A DNA stretch of 64,000 nt from positions 3,375 through 67,374 of the forward strand of contig JBJHCY010000005.1 of assembly GCA_050486265.1 (NCBI GenBank), in the 5' to 3' direction. A program made the translations under genes and the position numbers. Shown here in pieces: positions 44,854-53,186 of the stretch. The stretch is from Phycisphaerales bacterium (GTDB taxonomy: Bacteria; Planctomycetota; Phycisphaerae; Phycisphaerales; UBA1924). Positions within the stretch are counted from its first letter, which is position 1, and every line of letters begins with the position of its first letter. Under the pieces are notes generated by a model. The model searched no databases, was not told where the DNA came from, and saw nothing but the letters and a program-made list of their open reading frames with translations.

Positions 44854-47711
44854 CCGCCTCCGATCAGATCGAGCCTGATCCGCCAGAGCCTCGCGATCGC
44901 CCGCTCGCACGCGGCGACCTGTTCGAGCACATGCCCGGCGGACCGGCGGTCCTCCTCGAACTGCTCGAGCACCGCCGCGACCTCCGGCGCCACGCCCGGG
45001 CGCTCGGCGCTGACGACCAGGGCCATCGCCTCGCAGATCGCGATCTGGTACGCAAGGAACGCTTGCACCGGCCCGTCGGCGAGATTCAGCCTCGCGTTCA
45101 TCCGCGCGTCGATCGATCCGGGCGTGAGCCCGCCCGGCACGCTGACGAGCGCCGACGAGGGCGCACGCCCGGCCAGCGAGAGCCAGTAGTGGTGCAGCAG
45201 CTCGGCGCCGTCCATCGGGTTGGGTTTTTCGCCCAGCGAGACCGCGTCCTCGGGATCATCGATGACGCTGATCTCGGCGTACGCCTCGGCGATGACCCCC
45301 GAGAGCCGGTCGAAGGCGACGCCCTCGCGCTCCTCCGAAGCCATCTGGAGCAGACGCTGCACGATCGCCCGCCTCGCATCGAACATGAACGACGGGTCGT
45401 CGGGCCGGGGCAGCATCTCGCCAGCCGCCATCTCGATGAGCTCGGCGTTGCGCCTTGTCAGCGGCGCGTCGGGCAGAACCTCCAGGAACGCGTTGACCAC
45501 GCGGGGCTGGCCCACGACGCGCTCGACGAGTTCCCCCGCCGCGATCCGCACGCGGGGCGAGTCGCCCCGCAACGCCTCGGCAACAACGATGTCCGCCTCG
45601 ATCCAGCCGAGGTTGTGCGGGGCCCTCGACAGCTCTTCGAGCAGCGCGACACGCGCGTCGATCCGCCGACCGACCTGGAGGTAGGCCACCGCCCAGCGGT
45701 GCTCGTCGCCGCCGTAAGCGAACAACCCGTCCAGCCTGCCCGATCGCGATCCGGTTCGGGCTCGCTCGACGACGCGCCCGGTCTGTTCGAGCACGATCCC
45801 CGCCTCGGCGTACCGGCCCGCGAAGCGGAGGGCGGAAGCGAGATTCAGCCTCGCGAGCGCCGCGGCCGAGGCGAGGTGATCCTCGGGCGAGATCGCTCCC
45901 TCGGACCGTTCGATGAAGTTGCGCGAGTACCCGGCCAGCGAGTAGCCGAGTTCGTCCGCCCGCTCGGCCCGGTCGAGCCCCCACAGGCGGGCGAGCGATT
46001 CGCGGATCCTGGCCCGGTCGGCCTGCATCGCCTGCGACGACGGGATCTGAGCGGGGCCGACCATGCTGTCGGGCGCGCGTTCAGAGAGCGCCCGCATCAG
46101 CGTGCGCACGAGCGTCGCGTCGGCCCGCGATGACCCCGCGATCCGCAGCAGCCAGAGCCTCGCCTCAGACCCGTCGCCCCAGCGGACCTCCGGGGCGAGC
46201 GAACGCACCGCGTGCACCCCGACCCTCGCCCGCTCCCCTTCGCCCCCGGCGAAGATGATCGCGTCGAGCGCGCCGAGCACGACCCTGTCGCGCTGCGTCC
46301 CCGGCGAAGGCTCGATCGCGACCACGCACGCAAGCCAAGCCTCCCACGCGCGGATCTCCCGGTCGCTTTCCGACCTCGAAGCCGGCGGGGCGGCGATCGA
46401 CATCTTCAGCCCCAGACGGGACGCCCCGGCCATCGCCCCGCGCTCGAACCCGGCGCCGGGCGCAAAGCCGGTGTCCGCGCCGGCGCCGATCAGCGCCTCG
46501 TCGATCGCCAGGCGGGCGGAGGCGGGCAGGTCGCGATCCGAGCGCAGCCGGGCGAGCATCCCCGACGCCCAGATCGCCCGACGCATCTCGACCTCCCCAG
46601 GCGCTCGCTCGGCCCGCAGCACATCGAGGTGCTCGGCGATCGCCCCGATCGCACGCGCCGATGCGTTGGGCCAAGAGCCGGCCCGGTGCACGAACCCGAC
46701 GACCTCCGCGCGGATCGCGACGCGTTGATCGGCGCGATGGTCGAGCCAGTGGGCCGAGGCGAGGCCGACCCCACGCCGGAACTCAGCCGACGCCGCCCGG
46801 GCGTCGAGTTCGAGCATCGAAGCCGCGTCGGCCAGCATCGAGCGGATCTCCGTCGCATCGGGCACGGGCCGGGCGGGGGGCGGCTCGGCCTGCCCGTTGA
46901 CGGGCGCACCGGGCGCCTGGGGCTGTGCCGGGCTCGGCGCGGCTCCGGGCGAGGGCGTCGGCGTCTGCGGGGCCGTCTGAGCCTGCTGCTGAGGCGAAGC
47001 CGCCCCGAGACGGTCGGCGAGAACCACGACCGAGACCGCCGCGATCGCCCCGAGCCCGACCACCGCGACGCCGAGGAGCAGGATCACCTGCCCGACCGAG
47101 CCGGGCTTGTGCGATTCGTCCATCCACGCCGGAGGCGGCGCGACCCCGGCGCCCCGGCTTTCCTGCGCCGGCTCGGCCTCGCCCGGGTCGGTTGGTTCTG
47201 GCTCGCGCCCGAGCGAGGACTCGGCAATGAGCCCGGCCGGAGGCGATCGCGAACCCGTGTCGCTCCTCGAAGATGCCACGATCGACTCGACGAGGCGCTC
47301 AACGGAGATGCCGTGCGTCTGCGCCAGGAGGGAGAGCCGATGGAGCGCAGAGGCGTTGTGGACCCCGCCGGCCAGCAACAGCATCGCCTGACGCTGCAGC
47401 TCGTAATCGATCATGTCACCGAAATGTTCTTCGCCCGCGCCCTCCGACCAGCGCTCCAGCAGGGCCCGCTGCACCTGCGGGTCCATGAGCTGGGCCGCCG
47501 CGGCGTGCAACGCCAGGCGCGCGTCGTCCGCCTCTGGCGTCTGCGAGTGCGGGTGGCGGTCGATCTCGGCGAGGCGACGCTCGAGCGCCTCGAAAACGGT
47601 GTCTTCGTGGGCCGGCTCAACGGGCAGCGCGAGCAGCCCGAAGGGACCGGCGCTGACCGCCTTCTCGCCGAGGAACCGCCTCGCCGGTGCGTCGTAGCCT
47701 CTGCCCGGCAT
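44850..47711 (-). CDS. Large single-pass membrane protein: J-like N-terminal domain, TM, Pro-rich linker, ~670-aa helical periplasmic domain
   Basis: Start re-set to MPGRGYDAP at 47711 (1-nt overlap with the upstream stop). TM GQVILLLGVAVVGLGAIAAVSVVVLA at aa ~207-231. Linker SPQQQAQTAPQTPTPSPGAAPSPAQPQAPGAP. No family recognised for the C-terminal domain. Confidence 0.65.
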   Translation of the reverse strand: MPGRGYDAPARRFLGEKAVSAGPFGLLALPVEPAHEDTVFEALERRLAEIDRHPHSQTPEADDARLALHAAAAQLMDPQVQRALLERWSEGAGEEHFGDMIDYELQRQAMLLLAGGVHNASALHRLSLLAQTHGISVERLVESIVASSRSDTGSRSPPAGLIAESSLGREPEPTDPGEAEPAQESRGAGVAPPPAWMDESHKPGSVGQVILLLGVAVVGLGAIAAVSVVVLADRLGAASPQQQAQTAPQTPTPSPGAAPSPAQPQAPGAPVNGQAEPPPARPVPDATEIRSMLADAASMLELDARAASAEFRRGVGLASAHWLDHRADQRVAIRAEVVGFVHRAGSWPNASARAIGAIAEHLDVLRAERAPGEVEMRRAIWASGMLARLRSDRDLPASARLAIDEALIGAGADTGFAPGAGFERGAMAGASRLGLKMSIAAPPASRSESDREIRAWEAWLACVVAIEPSPGTQRDRVVLGALDAIIFAGGEGERARVGVHAVRSLAPEVRWGDGSEARLWLLRIAGSSRADATLVRTLMRALSERAPDSMVGPAQIPSSQAMQADRARIRESLARLWGLDRAERADELGYSLAGYSRNFIERSEGAISPEDHLASAAALARLNLASALRFAGRYAEAGIVLEQTGRVVERARTGSRSGRLDGLFAYGGDEHRWAVAYLQVGRRIDARVALLEELSRAPHNLGWIEADIVVAEALRGDSPRVRIAAGELVERVVGQPRVVNAFLEVLPDAPLTRRNAELIEMAAGEMLPRPDDPSFMFDARRAIVQRLLQMASEEREGVAFDRLSGVIAEAYAEISVIDDPEDAVSLGEKPNPMDGAELLHHYWLSLAGRAPSSALVSVPGGLTPGSIDARMNARLNLADGPVQAFLAYQIAICEAMALVVSAERPGVAPEVAAVLEQFEEDRRSAGHVLEQVAACERAIARLWRIRLDLIGGG

Positions 47712-50425
47712 CAGCCGCCCCCCCCGCCGGTTCTGAAGGCGTCGAGGCGTCGGTCGAGCTCGCGCAGGCGTTCGCCCCACGGCTCGGGGCCGAAGCTTGG
47801 GTGCAGGGCCTTGTGCTGGTCCATCACCAGCGCCGCCCGCTCGGGCGCGGTGCGCATCAGCAGACGGATCGACTCGTGCCTCGCCCGGAACCAGTCGGGC
47901 GAGTTCGCGTCGAGACCGGTCAGAAGCCTGCGCCACGCGTCGAGCGCACGCTCGTGCTCGTCCGCTGCTTCAGCGAGCTCTGCGAATCGCAGCAGCATCG
48001 GGGCGCTGGCGCGCCCAGCGTCGACCATGCGTCCGTCGACCTCCAACGCCGTGTCGCGCATCTGTTCGTCGGCACGCTCGCGCCACAGCGTCGCGGCGAC
48101 ATCGGCCACGCGAGCCGAGATCGCGCCGAACTGGCGGTCGCCCGGGCCCCCGCCCTTGGACATCGAGATCGAGAGCAATCTGCGCCCTGACTCGACCGCC
48201 TCGCGCCCGGACTGAACATCGCTCCGATCGCGCTGGAACCTCGCCAGGGCGTCGCGGAAGAGCAGGCCTTCGGCGGCCTCGGCCAGCGGGTTATCCCCCT
48301 GCCGCAACCGGCGCCCCGCCTCGCGGGCCGATTCGACATCCCCCTCGGCCAGAGCGACCTGCACATCCCGGTACAACAGTTCGTCGGCGAAGGGCGCGCT
48401 GTCGACGCCCGCGATCGAAACGATCTCGCGCAGCATGGTCAGCGAGCGCCGGGCGCGCACCGGGTCGGGGTTCTCTGCCGCGAGCATCGCGTCGAGCATC
48501 TGGCGCAGCACGATCACGGCGCGGGTGCCGTGCTCGTTGAGCCCGGATCCGGTCGCCTCCCGCATCGCTCGTCGCTCGTGCTCGACGACGCCCTCGGCGA
48601 TCTCAAGAAACCGTGACGCGGCGAACTCGCGCTCCGCGCCCGAACTGTCGCGGTACACCCGGTAGAGCAGGTTGGCGGCCTGGCGCTCGGCGACCGGACG
48701 CAACGACGAGGAGCGATCGACCGCAAGAAGCGTCTCCGCGGCGGTGAGCGGGTCGGCCGAGTCGCCCGCGGTCCGACGGACCAAGAGCACCGCCGCCCGC
48801 TCGCGCCTTGGGTACTCGCCGATGTAGAGCGTCGCGAGGGTGCGCAATCGCCGGTCGACGCCGGCGCCTGGCATCTCAGCGAGACGCTCGAGCGCGAGCA
48901 CCGCGTTCCAGAGCGCCTCCTCGCGCAGCGGCTCGCCGGGCTCGGAACGGAAGACCCGCTCGAAGCGGTCGGCGGCCTGGAGGTACTCGCCCGCGCGGAA
49001 GTACGCGAAGGCCAGACGCTGGCGGGCCGACATCGCCTCGCGCTCGAAGTTCTCGGCGTCGCCGGTCGCGAGCGCCCGCTCCAGGGCGCGGGCCGCGTCG
49101 CGGAATGCGGTGCGCGACGCGGCGCTCTCGATCGCTTCGTCGCCGACGGCGGCGAGCTCTTCGGCTTCCTCGTACGCTCGAAGACCCTCGACATAGCGGG
49201 CGATGAACCCGTCGCCGATCACCGGCGTGCCCGTGTAGCGGTCGACAAGGTCGAGCACCTGCCCGATCTCGCCCATCGCGATCAGCTCGCCGATCCCGAT
49301 CTCCGCGAGCTTGAGGATGAGCGTCGACACGCGCGGGTCCTGCGAGTCGAACTCGGCCGCTTCCAGCGCGAGCACCGCCAGCAGCCTCGCCTCGCGGACG
49401 GAGAACGGGGGCTCGGAGGCCCGCGAGGCCCGCGAGGCCGCCGCCAGCCGCTGGTCGACGAGCTGCTCGACCCGGGCCCAACGCGGCCTCGTCGAAGTCA
49501 GGACGCTCAGCCGACGCTCGAACAACGCCGGGCGGATCGGCTCGGGCAGCTCGGGGTGGCGCTCGATGGTGTCCAGCCAGGCGATGGCGTCAGCGTCGTC
49601 GCCCCGGACCGCGTACGAGAGAGCGACACCGATCGCGGCCCTGGCGACCACCTCCCTGGCGAGCATGTCGCGTGAGAGGCGTTCGAGCGTCGGGATGCGT
49701 CCGTCGGGCGCGCCCAGCAGCCACCCGAACTCCTGGAGCGCCGCCGTCGCCGACTGCGTGCTCCCGAGGATCAGCGCGAGGTAGTACTCGCTCCATCCGG
49801 CGAAGAATCTGGCCTCCGAGTGGATCGCAGCGACCTCGGACCTCCGCTGGCGGATGTGTTCGACCTCCTCGCCCCTGCCCCGCTGCTCGAGCCGGTCGAG
49901 CTGGTCGATACGCCGAGAAGCGGAAGCCGCGATGGCCCCGAACCCCCGCCGGGCCTCCCGGAGCGAAAGCACCGCCTCCTCCCGCTCCTGCTCGGTCGCC
50001 AGGCGGACACGCCAGCGTTCGGCGAGCTCCTCGGCCGCGAGGTACCGGGTCCGCTCGATCGTCACGCGCAGGGGGTGGTGGTCTTGGTCTGGGATCTCGC
50101 GGAGGATGTCGTAGGAGGCGGCGAGGATCCGCTCCCGCTCCTCGGCGCTCGACGCGTCGCGCATCCGGATCGCGTAAAGGCGTCCGAGCCGCTCTGCGAT
50201 CTCGGGGCGCTCGCCCGCGGGCGCGCGGTCGAGCCGATCGCGGAGCTGCACGATCATCAGGTCCTTGATGCCCAGGCGTTCGAGGAACGACTCGACACGG
50301 TCGTCGGGCGAGACACGCACCGGCCCGGTATCTCGATCCTGCGCAACCCCGCACGGCGCAGCGAGCAGCAGCGCCGCCAACGGCGCCAGCCACGCGTGAG
50401 ACCGAATGTCAGTCCGCCGGGACAT
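47711..50425 (-). CDS. Large secreted all-helical TPR-like repeat protein
   Basis: Signal peptide MSRRTDIRSHAWLAPLAALLLAAPCGVAQ. 904 aa, Ala/Leu/Arg/Glu-rich helical-repeat composition. 17-nt overlap with the exbD stop. Ends in GGGGG. Confidence 0.65.
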   Translation of the reverse strand: MSRRTDIRSHAWLAPLAALLLAAPCGVAQDRDTGPVRVSPDDRVESFLERLGIKDLMIVQLRDRLDRAPAGERPEIAERLGRLYAIRMRDASSAEERERILAASYDILREIPDQDHHPLRVTIERTRYLAAEELAERWRVRLATEQEREEAVLSLREARRGFGAIAASASRRIDQLDRLEQRGRGEEVEHIRQRRSEVAAIHSEARFFAGWSEYYLALILGSTQSATAALQEFGWLLGAPDGRIPTLERLSRDMLAREVVARAAIGVALSYAVRGDDADAIAWLDTIERHPELPEPIRPALFERRLSVLTSTRPRWARVEQLVDQRLAAASRASRASEPPFSVREARLLAVLALEAAEFDSQDPRVSTLILKLAEIGIGELIAMGEIGQVLDLVDRYTGTPVIGDGFIARYVEGLRAYEEAEELAAVGDEAIESAASRTAFRDAARALERALATGDAENFEREAMSARQRLAFAYFRAGEYLQAADRFERVFRSEPGEPLREEALWNAVLALERLAEMPGAGVDRRLRTLATLYIGEYPRRERAAVLLVRRTAGDSADPLTAAETLLAVDRSSSLRPVAERQAANLLYRVYRDSSGAEREFAASRFLEIAEGVVEHERRAMREATGSGLNEHGTRAVIVLRQMLDAMLAAENPDPVRARRSLTMLREIVSIAGVDSAPFADELLYRDVQVALAEGDVESAREAGRRLRQGDNPLAEAAEGLLFRDALARFQRDRSDVQSGREAVESGRRLLSISMSKGGGPGDRQFGAISARVADVAATLWRERADEQMRDTALEVDGRMVDAGRASAPMLLRFAELAEAADEHERALDAWRRLLTGLDANSPDWFRARHESIRLLMRTAPERAALVMDQHKALHPSFGPEPWGERLRELDRRLDAFRTGGGGG

Positions 50426-50828
50426 AGCTCACCTTTGTGAAGCCCGCCCTTTTGCAGGCGCTGAGCGCCTTGGCCGCCGCGTCGACCGACGCACGGTCGG
50501 TCACCCGTACGAACACGCCCCCCTCCTTGGGCAATGGCGCCAGCCACGCGACGATCGCGTCGGGGTCTTCAGAGGCCCGCTCGCCCAGACGGTAGAGCGT
50601 TCGGCCGTTCCGGCGGTCGACCGTCACGATCATCGGCAGCAGATCCGCGGCGCTCGACGGGCCCTCCGCCTCGGCCTGCAGCCCGGACGCCAGATCCTCC
50701 TCTGGCATAGTGAACGACGCGGTGAGGATGAAGTAGATCAGCAGAAGGAAGACCACATCGATCATGCTCGTCATGTGGCGCTGTACGCCCTCTTCGTCGT
50801 CGTACTTGTGCTCACGCGTGAACTTCAA
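50409..50828 (-). CDS. exbD: ExbD/TolR family biopolymer transport protein (second copy)
   Basis: HMTSMIDVVFLLLIYFILTASF (ExbD TM signature) and a periplasmic domain. TTG start overlapping the upstream stop (TTGA). Confidence 0.85.
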   Translation of the reverse strand: MKFTREHKYDDEEGVQRHMTSMIDVVFLLLIYFILTASFTMPEEDLASGLQAEAEGPSSAADLLPMIVTVDRRNGRTLYRLGERASEDPDAIVAWLAPLPKEGGVFVRVTDRASVDAAAKALSACKRAGFTKVSYVPAD

Positions 50829-51259
50829 GGCCCGCCCCCCGCCGGCGCCTCGGTCGCCAGCCTCCAGCCTCGGACTCCGAGCGATGAGAGCGTCGAGGCC
50901 ACCCTGTTGGCGTGCGCCGCGTCGAGAGAGCGATCCGCCCGCACCAGGACAGTCACCTGCGAGGCGTCGCCCCCTGCCTGGTTGATCTCGGCGCGCACCA
51001 CCGACGCGAACCGTGCCAGGTCGACCGGCTCACGCTCGATCAGCATCGTCCCGTCGGGCGCGATGTCCAGCACCACCATCGCCGGACGCTCGGCGCTCAG
51101 CGGGTCGCCCCGCTCCTCGGGCAGGTCCAGCGGCGTGCGCACCAGCGTCGTGAACTGCGAGGTGTACAGGAAGAAGATGATCAGCTGAAACACCACATCG
51201 ATCATGGGGGTCATGTTGAACCCCCCGACCTTTCTTGGTTTGCGCTGAACGAAGTTCAC
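50825..51259 (-). CDS. exbD: ExbD/TolR family biopolymer transport protein (first copy)
   Basis: NMTPMIDVVFQLIIFFLYTSQF, then VLVRADRSLDAAHANRVASTLSSLGV. GTG start overlapping the exbB stop (GTGA). Confidence 0.85.
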   Translation of the reverse strand: MNFVQRKPRKVGGFNMTPMIDVVFQLIIFFLYTSQFTTLVRTPLDLPEERGDPLSAERPAMVVLDIAPDGTMLIEREPVDLARFASVVRAEINQAGGDASQVTVLVRADRSLDAAHANRVASTLSSLGVRGWRLATEAPAGGGP

Positions 51260-51990
51260 CGCGGCTCGCCCCTCTGCGCCGTCGGCGCCTGCTGGGCCCC
51301 CGCCCTGGGCTTGCGGGCCGCGTTCTGGTCGAGGTGCTGGGCGAGTTCTTCGGTCACCTCCGCGACCTTGGACGCCAGCGTATCGATCCGCCCTCGCAGG
51401 TAGGCATAAGCCGCGGTGCACGGGATGGCGACCAAGAGACCCATCACGGTGGTCATCAGCGCCGTGGAGATGCTTCCCGCGAGGCGGTCGGGCTTGGCGA
51501 CGCCTTCTGCGGCGCTGAGCGTATCGAACGCCCCGACCATGCCGACGACCGTCCCGAGCAGCCCGAGCATCGGCGCGATCGACGCGACCACGCCGATCGT
51601 GTCGTTGGAACGCTGCAGGCGGGAGACCTCCATCTGCCCCGACTCCTCCAGCGCTCCCTTCAGCTCAAGAAAACCGAACGGCGATCGAGCGCAACGCGTC
51701 AGCGCCGAACGGAACACCCGCGAGAGAAACGACTCGTTGTCGGGCTGGGAGCAGAACTCGATCGCGCCCTTCACATCGCCCTTGCGGAGCCTCGAATCCA
51801 GCCCCAGCACAAAGTCCCGCGGCGCCATCCGCTCCATCCGCACACGCACAAGCTGCGTCACGATCAGCCCCACGGCAAACAGCGAGAGCGCGATGATCAC
51901 ATACCCGATCCCACCGCCGCTCTGGATGTACTCCAGCAGCGTCTTGCCCCCCTCCGCGTCGGTGTTCGCCGCGATCAGCATCCGGTTCAT
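51256..51990 (-). CDS. exbB: MotA/TolQ/ExbB proton-channel family protein
   Basis: IASIAPMLGLLGTVVGMVGAF...STALMTTVMGLLVAIPCTAAYAYLRGRID, three TM segments. ATGA overlap with the upstream gene. Confidence 0.9.
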   Translation of the reverse strand: MNRMLIAANTDAEGGKTLLEYIQSGGGIGYVIIALSLFAVGLIVTQLVRVRMERMAPRDFVLGLDSRLRKGDVKGAIEFCSQPDNESFLSRVFRSALTRCARSPFGFLELKGALEESGQMEVSRLQRSNDTIGVVASIAPMLGLLGTVVGMVGAFDTLSAAEGVAKPDRLAGSISTALMTTVMGLLVAIPCTAAYAYLRGRIDTLASKVAEVTEELAQHLDQNAARKPRAGAQQAPTAQRGEPR

Positions 51991-53186
51991 CGATAGTCCT
52001 GTCCGCCCCCGGCTTGGGGGCTGTTCATCGTCACGCCGCCGAGCGGCCCTCGGCCTCCGGCGGCCTCATCTCCCGCCGGGTGGCCCGGGTATCTCCTGCG
52101 GAGCTCGGCCCGCAAGAGACCCGCGGTCTCGCCACGCCCCAGTTCGTCCATCGCCTCGGCCGCCTCGGCCAGGCAGAGGCCCGCGAGGAACGGCTGCTCG
52201 TCGCCGAACCTCGCCGGGAGGTGCAGCATCATCACCACACCCCGCAGCCGCTCGGTCTCTTCGTTCTCCCGCACCAGCGACCGCCCGATCGCGGCGTAGA
52301 TCCACGCCTCCAGCCACGCGGGCGTGGGCGAACGCCCGGCTCGCGAACGCTCCAGCCTCTGGCGCAGGCGGTCTCTGTGCTCCGCCCGCTCTGCGCCGGT
52401 CCCGTGCTGGGCGAGCACGAGGTCGGCGATCAGACGCACGCTCGGATCGTCGCTGGTGTTCGGCCGCTCGGGCCGACCGCCGACGGTCGCAACCGCGGCG
52501 TACCTGTACCACGCGCCCAGCAGCGCCGCCCGTTCGTCGGTCGGTTCGACGCCCGAGGGCAGGGTGATCCCTCGTTCTGCAAGCTGGCGGACGCCGGTCG
52601 TCTCGGTCCAGATCGGCGGGATCGCCGGGCAGAGCCCCGTCTCCGGGTCGACGACCGCCGGCACGCCCTCGAACACCGACCGCCCCCCGCCGCCAGCCTG
52701 CAGCAGCATCAGCCAAGGCCCGATCGCCGACGCGTGCGCGCCCCGCCGCAGCCTGCAGCGCAGCGCCCCTTCCGCAACCGCCTGCGCCGTCGGACCCAGC
52801 CGCCCTGCGTACACGCCGAACAGCTCCTCGAACCCCGCCTCGGCCAGCACGAAATCGCCCCGCTCCAGACGCTGACGCGAGCGCCACGCCCTGTCGGCCA
52901 ACCCCAAAAACTCCGCGGCCCGTTCCGCGCCGGGCCCGCTCAGGCGGACGACACGGTCCCAGCCAATCTCAATCGTCGCCCCGTCGACTTGCAAAGAAAG
53001 CGCCTCGATCGACGCCTCTTGGACCTCGCCCGCCAGGGGCTCGAACCGCCCGAGCAGACGCACCTCCGCCCGATCGGGATCCGAAGCCTCCGCAACGCCG
53101 GCCTCCCCCCGAGGCTCGGCGCCGAGCACGCCGGCGCCCGCACACAGCAGGAGGCCGCACAGACCCGCCGTCATCGCCCGCTTCAA
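51987..53186 (-). CDS. Hypothetical secreted protein
   Basis: (L)KRAMTAGLCGLLLCAGAGVLGAEP signal-like N-terminus. TTG 53186 (TTGA overlap with the vWA stop, same junction motif as at 50825) or ATG 53174. No family recognised. Confidence 0.55.
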   Translation of the reverse strand: MKRAMTAGLCGLLLCAGAGVLGAEPRGEAGVAEASDPDRAEVRLLGRFEPLAGEVQEASIEALSLQVDGATIEIGWDRVVRLSGPGAERAAEFLGLADRAWRSRQRLERGDFVLAEAGFEELFGVYAGRLGPTAQAVAEGALRCRLRRGAHASAIGPWLMLLQAGGGGRSVFEGVPAVVDPETGLCPAIPPIWTETTGVRQLAERGITLPSGVEPTDERAALLGAWYRYAAVATVGGRPERPNTSDDPSVRLIADLVLAQHGTGAERAEHRDRLRQRLERSRAGRSPTPAWLEAWIYAAIGRSLVRENEETERLRGVVMMLHLPARFGDEQPFLAGLCLAEAAEAMDELGRGETAGLLRAELRRRYPGHPAGDEAAGGRGPLGGVTMNSPQAGGGQDYR

